Shown here piece by piece: positions 1-12,910 of a DNA stretch of 64,000 nt. Position 1 is the stretch's first letter. Every line of letters begins with the position of its first letter. The notes under the pieces were generated by a model. It was not told the DNA's origin. It did not search any database and saw nothing but the letters and a program-made list of their open reading frames with translations. The DNA is taken from contig CM075986.1 in the NCBI GenBank assembly GCA_038087875.1, positions 13,640,001-13,704,000 of the forward strand, written 5' to 3'. A program made the translations under genes and the position numbers. This DNA comes from Malacoraja senta (Eukaryota).

Positions 1-170
1 GTTCAGAGAAGGCTGAATAAGTGCTCAAGGGACAAGGTGAATATATACCTTGCTGGTGGAGGTGATACAAAACCAAATGTTTGATGTGGTAAAAGATTTC
101 TGGGTGCAAATGCAAGCATTCTTAAACATAAAACGCATTAGGACAAATGAACAAAAACTTAGTCATTTGG

Positions 171-530
171 ATAGAGTCATGGACTCTTTCAACATGGAAA
201 TAGGCCCTTTGGCCCAACTTGCCCACACCGGCCAACATGTCCCATCTACATTAGTCCTACTTGCTTGCATTTGGCCCACATACCTCTAAGCCTGTCCTAT
301 CCATGTACCTGTCTAATTGTTTCTTAAACATTGCGATATTACCTGCCTCAACTACCACCTCTGGCAGCTTGTTCCATACACCCACCACCCTTTGGGTGAA
401 AAAGTTACCCCTCAGGTTCCTATGAAATCTTTGCCCCCTCGCCTTAAACTCAAGTCCTCTGGTTCTGGTCTTCCCATGGTCAAGAAACTCTGTGTGTCTA
501 TCTGATCCATTCCTCTCATAGGTTTTAAGA
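171..530 (-). mobile_element. CR1/HER1-type LINE 3' end
   Basis: Peptide TRTRGLEFKARGQRFHRNLRGNFFTQRVVGVWNKLPEVVVEAG..FKKQLDRYM, typical of the CR1 ORF2 C-terminus. Confidence 0.85.
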
Positions 531-792
531 TTTCTGAAATGAGGAAGGAAAGGGAGTTGTGAACAGCTTGGAGTCCATACAACTGGAAGCACAAATACCA
601 ATGGAGGGCTGATAGAAATCAAGGAAGCATTACAGGTCAGAATTGATGGATTGTAGTTTTCTCCATGGGCTGGGTACAGTGTATGTCAGTTCACATTACT
701 TAAGTTTGAAGGGTTCACACAGCAGCTGAGGGCAATAGACTGCAATTGCCAGAGACCAATCAGGCCTGGGTACAGATTAGCTCAGTTCTTTA

Positions 793-922
793 AGAAGGAA
801 CTGCAGATGTTGGAAAATCAAAGGTAGACAAAAATGTTGGAGAAACTCAGCGGGTGAGGCAGCATCTATGGAGCGAAGGAAATAAACAACGTTTCGGGTC
901 GAGACCCTTCTTCACACTGATG
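793..922 (-). mobile_element. Solo PLE terminal repeat; further solo copies near 1972-2093, 7341-7442, 17835-17971, 19124-19220, 22279-22380, 33000-33110 (+), 35927-36045
   Basis: All share acacaaaatgctggagtaactcagcgggacaggcagcatctctggagagaaggaatgggtgacgtttcgggtcgagacccttcttcagactg or its complement, wholly or in part. Confidence 0.8.
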
Positions 923-2784
923 TGAGGGTGGGGGTGTGGTGGTGGTGGGGGGGGGGGTTAGATCAGTTGATGCAGGCATACTGATGCTTCTTCTCACAGT
1001 CATCTTCTGGAAAGTGACTAATTTGCAGTACTCTTTAAATGAGCCCTGGTGTCAAGCTATCAGTGCATGCCAGGAAGATCCACTGGCTTTATGCCACCTA
1101 CCTGTTACACACAGCAAACACCTGGATGGGGAGGTCTTCATGCCAAACTGCCTCAGGTATTATTTTCAATGGCAGGCTTGTAATTTACAGACATATAAAC
1201 TACCAGTAAACTGTGGTTACCCCTCCCTTATGAATATACTCAACTCATCCATTCCCACAAGGACTGCCCCATCTTCAACATCCTTTCCCTCCATTGTGTC
1301 CTCACCTCAGAGTCATTCTCACACCCTATTCAAGCTCCAGGTTTGTATGACTGCTCAGAGCTAACTATGACTGTTAGCAAGGTACTCACTCATTTTATTC
1401 TCCTCAGCTACATTACCTCCACTGCCCTGCTGGAGACTGGCAGACAGCAAATGCAGCCCTGAGTTCAGATCAGCTGAAGCACACATGATGAAATTTCCTT
1501 TCACAGTGCTACTTTGGGAAAGCAACCAACATGAATTACTCTTTATAAGTGCCCTGAATGCCACATACATTTAGAGTTAAATAAACTAACTACCTTGGTT
1601 CATACCAGTATTTGTCTGAACACGCTCAACTGTTTGAAGACTTGCTTTTCTGTTCACTCATCATTGATGAAATCCTTGCCCTTTTCATCCTTGCTCCCTC
1701 TTGGTGACATCATCCACAGGAATGGGATTAACTTCTATTTGTCACTGATGACACCCATGTCTATCTCACCAATTTCTTGGCTGGGGTTTATGATTACTTC
1801 AGTCATGTCACACTCTTTCTTGGACATTAGGGCACAAATGATTCCAACAATTCAGCAAAGGAATGCCATAATGACAATCAACTCCCATCAGAGATGGTCA
1901 CATCCATGGTTGCTGCAACATTTTTGGAAATGGGCATATATCTGGTGCATTGAGTACTGTCTTACATTGATGATAGACACAAAAAGCTGGAGTAACTCGG
2001 GCAGCAGTAACGCAGGCAGGCAGTAAATTGGAGAGGCAGCATCTCTGGAGAGAAGGAATGGGTGATGTTTTGGGTCAAGACCCTTCTTCAGACATACCTT
2101 GATAGCCAGGAAGCTGCCTATCATAACCAATGTAGGAAAGATGCATGTTGAAGAGTGGTGCACTAATATACCCTAGAACCTTAGAATATCCATTCTCCTT
2201 GTCAATATTCAGTCTGGATCGGAAACCATGGATTGCCAACTCTATGGGCACTTTGAGTTCCTGTCTCTCACTTTCCATTGAAGAGAAGCAAACTCCAATA
2301 GAATTCACAATATGACAGCACTGTTGGGTAGTGAGTTGCTAAGATGACTGCAATGGCTGCAGGGTAACAGCCTCTCCCCTACACCCTTCACCACACAATC
2401 CCATTGCACTCAGAGCTTGACAGGACTTGTTGAATTGTTGCGCCTGTATCAGAAGGCAGTGAATTCAGTCCCCTAGTCAGCACGTGTATGCCTGATGTGC
2501 CTTATTCCCTGTGCGGAGTACAAAGGGAATGCTGCATTGTCAGATATGCTCTCCTGAGGCTATACTGGAGCCTCAAATGACTGGCCTGATGTAATTTAAA
2601 TAACATAGCGAATATTAACCTTCTTCCATGCAACAAAAAAAAATTCTCCATTAGAATGTTCAAACTAGACTACAATCTAAAATAATGAATAAGATAAACG
2701 GTGTTTCAAGCAAATCTCACATCCCATTCGATCTGATATGAGAAGAATGCATTGCATCAAGACCAGGTCAGTTTTGTTCCTTAC

Positions 2785-3050
2785 CGTCCGTCCAGCCTCG
2801 TTGTTATGTCGGTTCATGGCAGACCTGGCATCGGGCCTGTTCTCCCGTGCGTCAGCAAACTCCCTGGACACCAGCACGCCAAACTCGGCATCCTCACTGC
2901 AGCCCCCCCACTTCCAGCCCTCGCCCGGCGGACCCTTGTGGTGCGAGTCGCAGCCACAGATGGTGTTGGAGCCCTCGGCGCAGGAACGTGTCACGGCAAA
3001 GGCCACTCCAGCTGAGGCAATGGCATGGACAAAGGCAGACTCCCGGGTGG
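2785..3050 (-). CDS. wnt3: Wnt3 coding exon 3 (ATRESAFVHAIASAGVAFAVTRSCAEGSNTICGCDSHHKGPPGEGWKWGGCSEDAEFGVLVSREFADARENRPDARSAMNRHNNEAGRT)
   Basis: Acceptor cttccag|CC completes GCC; 266 nt; donor ACG|gtaag. DSHHKGPPGEG and FGVLVSREF match Wnt3 rather than Wnt3a. The gene continues beyond the left edge. Confidence 0.97.
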
Positions 3051-5327
3051 CTGGAAGTTGAGACAAAAAGGAGAGAAGGGGATCAGGACATGGACAGATT
3101 TCAACACTGCCACAGAAAAGAAGCCAATGATTCATGTTTTGTAATCTGAACTAATGACATGATGCATCTGTAAACTATTGTGAAGATGTCTGTTGTTAAT
3201 GTTTGTGTTTCTTTGATCGTTAGAAATGTAATTAATATATATTACATTAAATAGCAGACAATATATTGTGATTTAAAGAAAGTTTTGCCAATAGGACCTC
3301 TTCTGAGTATCTGTGGTTGATGTGATAATGAATTGGGGCAGTAATGATATTTTACTAACTCTGATCACCTTCATTTTGTTTACAACAACCTGGCTTAGAA
3401 ATAATTTTGGAAAACTCTCATATGATTTGTCACTGAACCTGAGAGTTACATTAATTTAGTTCACGCAAGTGATTCTGGATTAATTACAATGTTTATTGCC
3501 AGTTGGATAGTCTACTCCTGAAAACATTTTAAATGAAGCTGGAATGAAATGCTCCTTTAAAATGTTTTTATCCTCATTGTAAATTTGCAAGTATTTTTCA
3601 AGAATGGGGGGGAGGGGGGGGGGGGGGTTGCCGCTACTTTCTCTCTTAAAAATCTCTTATTTGTAGGGGTATTCAGATCTACCACCATTACTTTTTCATT
3701 TGTAAGCTATTTTACTGAGGGGGCATCACAGCCAAAACTAATCTTAGATTCTTCCTCATGTGAAAATGCATGCATAATTTCAGCAAGGGTTAATGAATAC
3801 TAATCAGGAGTGGGGCCTCTGGGTTATTTATTTCCTTCCCACTCAGAGACAATAAACGCATTCGTAGGATGGTGCATTTTTTTGCTGATGTTATTACATA
3901 CTGCTGGAGAAACTCTTCAATTAAAAAGGGAAGCTGATGATGAGATTAGCTCTTTAAAAAGAAGCATTTATATTGTCAATCATCTTTGAAGGTGAAGATC
4001 TCCAAATAAAGAGGTCATTTGCGATGAAAGCTCCCTCTTTAAAGATGATGAGAGTCACTGCATAAAAATAATAACCCTCCCATATTGAAAGGATGGTTGA
4101 CAATATTTCTGTTAAAAGAGGTGCTTATGGTGAGATTCACTCGTTAAAAGTGACACATTAAGAAGAATTATTACCAATGTACTATATAGAATTATTGTCA
4201 TGCTGCATCTTCCCCGTATAAGAGGTTTGCTGATTCCAGGCGTTTGCCTTTAAATTGGGATGTACGTGAGATTTCCCCATTAAAAAAAGCGCTGATTATT
4301 ACCCACACTTCATTAAGACGAGCACCAATGGTCGCAGCTAGGCATTAAAATAAATTTCAGTGGTTTACTGGTAATCTTCAGCTCTCTTTTCATGACATCA
4401 ACAAACCCCAGCCATTGAGTTGCACACTGGGGACTCCTGTCAAAAGCATCCATTATTATCTTGCCAGTTGGCAGGGAGATCAAATTAGATGGAATCACAT
4501 CTCATTTCTATATATTGAATTAGAAAACAGTTAAGTAATAACATGAAAACATTAATGGCACTGTATCATATTTCTTTGTGCTTTTCTGGAGCGCTGGAAA
4601 CCTTTTTGCATTTTGGTTATTATCTCCTCAGTTGAAAAGAAAACTAGTAAAATTTAATTAGGATATGATAATGTTTTTATATTATCAGTGTTGTTCCCCT
4701 ACCCATTTATATATATATATTGCTTTTGGTTGAGGGGGCCACACTGAGTTTGAATCTGGTTGATCACTTCTAATGAACAGTCCATATCCATGAGAGTGTT
4801 CACTGTTGGTTGTGTCCAATGTGAAGATGTCCAGAGTACATGAAATGGTATTTCTACATACAAGCCTTTGCTTCTCCATTTACTCATATTGGCTCCATGA
4901 CCCTTTAATAATCTTAGCTAACAAGATCCCAGCAACCAAATTGGATCAGCAAACCGGCACAGCTCGGAGAATGATCTGACAACCTTACGGGCTCTCATGC
5001 TCTGTTCTATAATGGACACATTCACTGTCTCCCTTCTAATTAGTTGCATTTCCCTATCCAGCACAGATAATGCCATCAATCATCACTGACAAGCTACTTT
5101 CTAGTTTTGTGTCAATGTGTTCCATAACATATGATTCAAACTTAGAAATCTGCTCTATGTAAACGAAAGGAAAGACAAAAACAGAAGCAAACTAAAAAAA
5201 AGACTCACACTTACAGGATGCTTTTGTAAGATCAGGGAATCCTAACATACCTAATGATTAATACGGTCATTTGAAATTGGAGGTAGTCATTGAAGTCAAT
5301 TTGCGCACAGCAAGTTTAAAGAAAGAA

Positions 5328-5505
5328 GTTTAGTTTTGTTTAGTCCATTGTCACGTGTACCAAGGTACAGTGAAAATCTTTTGTTACTTGCTAACCAGTC
5401 AGCGGAAAGAAAATACATGATTACTGTCGAGACATCCATTGTGTACAGATATATGATAAAGAGAATAATGTGAATAGTGTTTAGTGCAAGATAAAGTCCA
5501 GTAGA
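5328..5505 (-). mobile_element. LINE 3'-UTR fragment (Rex1/Babar-like tail); related pieces 13253-13345, 38190-38285, 60731-60861
   Basis: Shared gtttagtttagtttatt.tcacgtgtacc.aggtacagtgaaaa motif; family assignment is from resemblance to the 58104 tail only. Confidence 0.5.
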
Positions 5506-8500
5506 TGAAAGGAGTGGGTGTAGATTGTGGCCGCAGCCACCTTCACCCTGCTTTACAGAATGTATGTTGCTCAAAGGATAAATGTTGGCGAGAATACAAG
5601 GATGACTACCCTGGTCTTCATCGTTTAAAACCACCTGAGGGTATAGACAGTTTAACATTGCGAACAAAAGTGATATATTTTCATTAATCTGCTGCAGAGT
5701 TATAAGAGATATGAGCTTACATATTATTGTACATTTAAGTTGTGAATCCCCTGGTGCTGTTTGCTGGAAAGTTCATTACATGTACTTCAGAACCATAATA
5801 GAATTTTTACTCGGGGTAATCACGTTGAAATTGATATAACAGTCATCTCCTGAATCTTTAGCAGAAAGGAGGAAATTTGGCTTTATTTTCCCTAAAGCTA
5901 ACAATGATTTTAAAAAAAACAATGCATGCCATAAATACTCAATTGGGTCATGGGTGTCCCTCATAGAAAGAAACTTGCCACTTCCATCTAGCCTAAAGAA
6001 ACTTGATGGTGTTGTTAGCTTTTAATGTCCATGGGAAAACGATGTGCATGATGCTTACCGATCCCCTGAAAACAAACAAACAATGATATATTTCTGCTTA
6101 ACCCTGGTCCTCTAAATGTTTTTTAAAAAAACACGATGGGTGAAAGATAAGAGGGTTGCAATGAAAGGTCAATGCTGAATATTTAGCGAAGTGCAGACGC
6201 CAGGAGTAGAACAAGGAGCATGGTGTTAAAGTAATTGTGAATGAGGAACTCACCAAAAGAGCAAGGCCAATGGACAGTGATGTAGTAGACACAATCAGTG
6301 TGTCCTGGGACAGTTTAAAGGTGTGGGATGGTCCTGGGATTAAGTATGAGAGAGTAAGTGTGAGAGTGTAATGTCGGAGGTGTGGGAATGCCCTGTGACA
6401 GCTCAGGACAGAGGCCGACTCTCTTGCCTGGAAAATGAGTTGCATTACCTGCTGAGTGTCTGAATCTGCCTTTGTTAGCTCAGTGTCACACTGTATTATT
6501 AATACAATAGAGAGAGTTACTTCAGGCAACGTTACCCACTGCAGAGTTCTGGCATTCCCTGACAAATCGTAGCAACAGCCAACTATTCTTAATTCTAGTG
6601 TGTCCCCAATCGGGTGGGGTGGACTAGGAAATCCCTATTGAAACACTTTCATCAAAATGACTAAAGGGCGTGTGAATGGCGCAGCTATGGCCCTAATCAC
6701 TAGTTCGCGCTGATATAGTTTGCCCTCTCTCGCAGTGGGGTAGAAGCTTAACTCTTTTTCTCAGTATAAGCTTATTTTGCTCTTTTTAATCCCTTTAGCT
6801 CATGAAGCATCAAAACTGATCCTGAGCATTTCAACTCAGAAGCAAATAATGTTTTTTTTTTAAAGAAGATATGGTTTAAAAATTTAATTTAATTGGCAGT
6901 AATGGAAGAACCAGGTCGTAACATCTTGTCGGGTCTGCTGACCTGGTGCTAAGAGGGGGGTGAGTGGAGGGGGCGTCGCGGATCAGGGTAAAGGTGTCAG
7001 CGAGCGCGACACGCACACACTCCACTCTAATCTCAATGCTCCCAACTCACCCACCACCACCCCCCTCCCCACCTCCCCGACTTGATTGAAGAGCGAGAAA
7101 TTTCGAAACCTACTGAATCTCTGAAGAGAAAGGGGAGAGGGGGTAGAACCACAGGGGCACAAATCAAAAAACAGAGAGCAGCTAAAGTTAAAAATGAATA
7201 AACATTTAAAAGTGGGACTTCGAATACAGGGCCGGTTAAAATTCCTTACACGGAATTCTCGGTTAATTGTATGATTCATTAATTTGTTCATTCAATTCTT
7301 AGGAACGAATAATTCTTTAATTCATTCGTTGATTTATATTGAAGATAGACACAAAAAGCTGGAGTAACTCAGCGGGTCAGGCAGCATCTCTCTGGAGAAA
7401 AGGAATAGGCGGCGTTTCGGATCGAGACCCTTCTTCAGACTGATTGTTTACTTCATTGATTTAAAATTCACACATTGTGGACTGTAGAGAGCTGAAGTCG
7501 GCCAAATCTCAATTTAAACAAAACCCGTAAAAGCATTGTGTACCAAGTGCGATCGGTCATCATAAACCGATCATGAGTTGACCTGGTTGAGGATATAGAC
7601 CCAAAGTATGAAAGCCAACATCACATTGAATGTGAGGGTATTTTAGTGGTCAGGTAACAATGGCTCAGAATACCACGCATTACTTGCAAAACGCTCCCAT
7701 TGTTGCAACAGAAAGAGCAGGCCAATATAACAGTAATACCAAGCCCCCAAATCTGTAAACCGTCCTGAATGGAAGATGTTTTCGTTCTAATAAAAATCTG
7801 ATAGAGAAATAACCCGGTATTTTCTTCTCCCTCTGAAATTCTCCCCAAATTACATTTCGCGGAAATCTAATACCACCAGCTGAATTGAGTGATTTTGAAG
7901 AAATAAGAATCTATTTTGAGATTCAGTTCTCAAAAACTCATCTCCTCCGGAACTTGGTGCGAATTGGTTGTGGACAGCGGGAACCGAGGCAGGGAGAGGA
8001 TTTGGTAAGGAGCAACGGGGAGGTGCAGGAAGTTACAGAGCGCCGTGGTTTCTGTGTACCGTTCAGCATTAAAGGTTGCTGAGGGCAGAAAACTCCACCA
8101 CGTTTTCTCTTCTGGAGACGTGTGCACAGAAACGGGGCTGAGGTTTCTTCACAGTGGTTAAAATAAAGTGTAAGAAGTGTCTATCTTCGGTGTAAACCAG
8201 CATCTGCAGTTCTTCCTACATATAAAATATCCTTAATAATGAGTCGTGCAACATCATAACAATTTCTCCAGGTTAAAATATACAAAAGCCAGAGGTGATT
8301 CGTTTTTCCCCCCCTTGACGTGCTCTGCTGTGAAAAGTGCCGGAGATGGCTGTATGCTGTGCTCCAGAACTCCTTCTAAGCGAAATCAAACAAGTCGTTT
8401 CGAAATGACCTAATGGGCCGTGCACTCTACTCATTTCACTGCACCTTCGGGTGTATGTGACGAATACAATTGACTTTGACTTTGACTCAAGGAGCTGGGG

Positions 8501-8774
8501 TACAGAAGGTGCACACGAGTTTGTAGCTGGTTTACGAAGTGGCATTCCACCTTTGCGAACGGGCTGAGTGCCAGGGAATTTCAGTCTGGAGGCGTCATGC
8601 AAGTCTCAACACTTTAGGTAGAAAGTTGCTGTCGATTAGTCACAGTCAATACAATATTGTGCAGAATCATGTGAAAAGCAAATTCAGAAACATCTCTAAA
8701 TATCCTCCATAACCTACATTAGACACTTCTGGCAAGATTTTTTATGGAATCTAAAAAATATATATATATTAAAT

Positions 8775-10120
8775 TCATTCAGGGAACGTGGGCGTTGCTG
8801 ACCAGGTTAAGATTTATTGTGGATGAAAGGTTAGGGTTAGGGTTCGGGGCTGAAGATGCTGGTTTCCATTGAAGACAGGCACAACATGCTCGAGTAGCTC
8901 AGAGGGCCAGGCAACATCTCTCGAGAAAAGGAATCGGTGATGTTTCGGGTAGAGACCCTTCTTCAGGATTTACTGTCATCCCTGAGAAGAGCTGGATAAT
9001 AGGTTGTCTACATGTGCACTGAGAATACTCCCACAGTAGCAGGGAGCTTCAGCAGTTTGAATGGAGACCACACACTGGTGATCAAGGAAGAGTGGTAATC
9101 TTTTTTGAAGGGGAGAAAAGATGATGCTACAGCACATGTGCCTGCTACCCTGTTATCGGCAGCTGATTGGGAATGGTGGGGGTGTGGGGCCACAGGTGTG
9201 CGCGGGTATGTGCTTGGAGTACATGTTGCCGGAGTACATCTTGTTGATGCCGAGAAGAGTGTCAAACACCCTGCTTTGCCATGGTGTAAACTTTTATGAG
9301 TTTTGATGGAGCTGCATTGATGCAGAAGGATGGATAGTTGGGATGTCATCTACTCACTGTGGAAAACCTATATCAAAAATATGTGTCCAGTCAAGCTGTT
9401 GATCCACTGTGTCGCCTCGATGTGGTCCTAGTGGTTTTGATGATGTTTACGTCATTGAATGTCTTTGGAAGGTTATTGGACTTTCTTGTGCTGGAAGTGG
9501 TTCATGCCTGTTACTTGTATTGTATGAAAGTTACTTGTTGAGTATCAGCTCAAGGCTGAATATTGCTCCAGATTTGAACAAATCCGAGAAATTGGGAATG
9601 GACCCAGATTGCGGAATTGTCAGGAATCTTACCCATTTCTGACCTGTTGGAAGGAGGAGCAGCTAAATGTGGTTGTCCACACTGCCCGAGGAGCTCCTGG
9701 GGTGATGACTTCAGTTTGATAATTGACTTCCAATCATATAATCATCCTCTAATCATGTGTATGAGCTAACTTTAGACGAGAATTTTCCTTTGATTCCTGT
9801 TGACTTCAATCTTTTGTGGATCTATTTGATGTAACTTCTGGTCAAATAACACCTTCATATCAAGTGCCATTGTCTTCACCTTACATATGAAACTCAGAGA
9901 CTTTGCCCCCATGTGGATTAAGACTGGTAAAGAGGTCTGAAACTATGATTCGGGTGGAACACAAACCAAGCAATGTTGATAGATTAAGAAGTGTGAATAT
10001 CTCTTGATGACACCTCCCATGATCTGCTGATGATTAAGAGTGGACCAATATAACAGCATTTGGCCAGATTAGATTTGTCCATCTTTAGTAAGCAGCAACG
10101 TTTTCCACTTTGTTGATTAC
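8775..10120 (-). mobile_element. Old degenerate LINE (RT remnant); related pieces near 13075-13750, 59280-59500, 62090-62950
   Basis: Minus-strand remnant ALDMKVLFDQ...LKSTGIKGK near 9780-9880; many stops. Confidence 0.5.
8939..8966 (-). ncRNA. Minimal hammerhead core (AUC triplet) in solo PLE repeat 8850-8966
   Basis: Minus strand CUGAAGAAGGGUCUCUACCCGAAACAUC. Confidence 0.5.
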
Positions 10121-10266
10121 ACAGAGAAACATTCCTGTTTGCCGCTTGATTCTACGCTTCAAGGATGAATAGAATTCAGAAAATTAGAGATCCCATTAAG
10201 AATAGAAGTTTCATGTAATTTAGGAGTTCATGAACTAAATACATAAGAGAATGGATAGAATGGATT

Positions 10267-10680
10267 CTTCTCCGTGGATTGTCACCTTGTCGTGGTGGAG
10301 AAGCCTGTGTGGTCCTGAGATCCTGAGAGCGAAGCCGTCTGGAGCTATGCCCCTGGTAGGGCCACCCATGGCGGTAAGGTCGAGGGGGATGTCCCTGACA
10401 AAGCACAATCCAACCAAGACCTCAACGGTGGAACAGGCGGAGGATGATGGCTGACTTTAGTGGAGCGTCACAACGGCTGGGAAGGTGGATGAAGGCTGCA
10501 GCAGAAAAGTGTCACCGGTCGTCTTGGACTCCATGTCACTGGATCTTGACCCAGATCTGTCAAGGGCTGTGTGGTGGCTGTCTGTGCACCAGTCTCCCCA
10601 TGTTAAACAATGTCACGCACAGGTGTCCTCAGGAGAGGACAGTCATACTTGTTTTGAGTGACCGCCGATGATGATGATGA
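10267..10680 (+). mobile_element. RTE-clade-derived short non-autonomous element (RTE/BovB/Expander-like 5' UTR, (GAT)n tail)
   Basis: GC-rich island in AT-rich intron; motifs CCTTGTCGTGG, TAGGGCCACCCA and CTGACAAA, which I recall from RTE/BovB-type 5' UTRs; ends gatgatgatgatga; no RT ORF. Confidence 0.65.
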
Positions 10681-12654
10681 ATGCATATAGATTTTGGCTA
10701 TCTGATCTACCTATACATTTTGTGCCAAGGTTAACCTGAATCAGAACTTCATAACATTCACAGGATTCCTTCAGGATGTCAGTTTCAATCTCAACTTGGC
10801 CCATAGTACAATCTGGGGCTAGTTTTGCCCTGTGTTTGGTCTCGCTTTGGAGCCTGTTTCATTGGGGTTAGAGAACACAGATGGAGAGGTTCAAAAGGAT
10901 GGTATTTCACACCCAATGCAAGGTTTGGGAGGGAATCTTTGTGATTGCTAATTTTGGGCACAGTGTAGCTCAACAAACCAAGCTGATAGATAACGTGTTC
11001 AGAGGTTTTGGGTGAATCTATGTTTATGGTAGTCTGGCCAGAAGACATCTGAAATAGTTCTGTCCAGAGGTAAAAAGATAGTGGGTGAAGTTTTTCGCAC
11101 CAGATAATTTGAAGCATACACAATCTAGGCAATATTTAAACTACCTATATTGGACCATTTATTTGCTGAATAAATATAATCTCTAGTGGAATCATCAGGT
11201 GCAAATACCATTAGACTTGAACTGATGCCAATTCTATTCTCTAATATACGAGGTTAAGCAGAGCAATGGACAATTATCAAAGAGACTTTCTTCCAATAAG
11301 GCCACAAATGGTAAAGTCGTCAATAATCACCAGCAACATTAAATGAAATACGCTCTTCAATGCATTATTTTTGCGGTACATACTTTAGGCTCATTTTGCA
11401 TCTCCACTGACCTTAGTCTTCCCTTATTGATAGCCAGCAATGATTAGGTTATGTTTCATTAATTTTAGCAGTTCCACACTTACTACTGGTACAAAAATTA
11501 TATAATCCTGTGAATTGTCTGTGAGACCGTTGGTCAAGAGTGCCACTGCCACCCCATCCAGACAGAACCAAGTGCAGGTAATTTCCTAACTTCATACCAC
11601 ATAAGTAACTGAAGTTCAATTTCATTTACAGTGACTTAGATTTATTTGGCCACAAAAAAAAATGCATACTAGGAACAGATAATAAAACAATATTCCAGTT
11701 TTGTACAAAAAAAAATCTAATAACGTAATGTTTAATAATTAAGGATCAATGAGGATAAACTCCTGGTATCGAGCTTTGAATCCAGTTCAAACAAATGGGA
11801 GTGAAAATTGCTTCTATTAATGGATGATAAGATGTGTGTGAACTTACTTTGGTTTGTACTATACCCATTAGCCTCAGGCATGACACCACAGCATAAAGAA
11901 CCACACTCTTCATTACAGCTGCTGTGGGACATGGAATACATTTCTCCAAATTTAGGTGGAGTTTGGCAGATGGGAAAAATTCTAACATGTATTATCTACT
12001 CGACAAGGACTCTAAAATTTGTCCTGAAACGTTACCTCGGTTTCTCTTTCCACAGATACTCCTTGACCTACTGAGTACTATGACTACATTCTATTTTCTC
12101 AGATTTCCAGCATCAGCAGCCTTTTGATTTTTGACTCTGTAACATAATTGTGAAAAGGAATGAATCTGTAATACATTCCCTTTCTTTTCACTGGCATAAA
12201 TTGAATGTGGAGAAACATGACTGATTTTCTTAAACTATTGCTAATCTAATTTTTTCCAACCTAATTCCATCAATTCAATTGCTCTTTAGGCAGTAGAACA
12301 AATGGGGATTGAACAGAAACTCTGTTTCATATATGGTTCAATATCATAAACCTACACATTAAGCAATCTAATTTTTATTGTCTGTTCCTCAATGTCATGC
12401 AGAATTGAATGACCTGTTAGCCTTCACATCACTGCATGGGACACTAAAAGAGAAAATAATGACACATTTGTTTTGATGACCTTTATGATCAGTACCTCAG
12501 CAATTCAGTAACTCATTATAGCAGTTTCCAGCCTGCTGACTTTGACAAATCATATAAACCAACATAGACATGAGGCTGGCTTAATATTAAGACTAACAAA
12601 TCACTGACTTAAAGTTAACACATCATAGAGATGGTAGATGCACAGAGTCTCTTG

Positions 12655-12910
12655 CTCAGAATCGAGGACCAGAGGACATAGGTTCAAGGAGAAGGGGAAA
12701 AGATTTAATAGGAATCTGAGAGGTAACTTTTTCCACACAAAGGGTGGTGGGTGTATGGAACAAGTTGCAAGATGAGGTAGTTGAGGCTTGGACTATCCCA
12801 ACATTTAAGAAACAGTTAGAGAGGCACATGGATAGTGCAGGTTTGGAGGGATGTGGACCAAGCGCAGGTAGGTGGGACTGTTTCCACACTGTATCACTCT
12901 ATGACTATGA
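12655..12910 (+). mobile_element. CR1/HER1-type LINE 3' end
   Basis: Same C-terminal coding remnant and (ATGACT)n tail. Confidence 0.8.

Noticed and set aside
2738-3149. Plus-strand ORFs overlapping exon 3
   Set aside because: Antisense shadows of a GC-rich coding exon; no recognisable protein.
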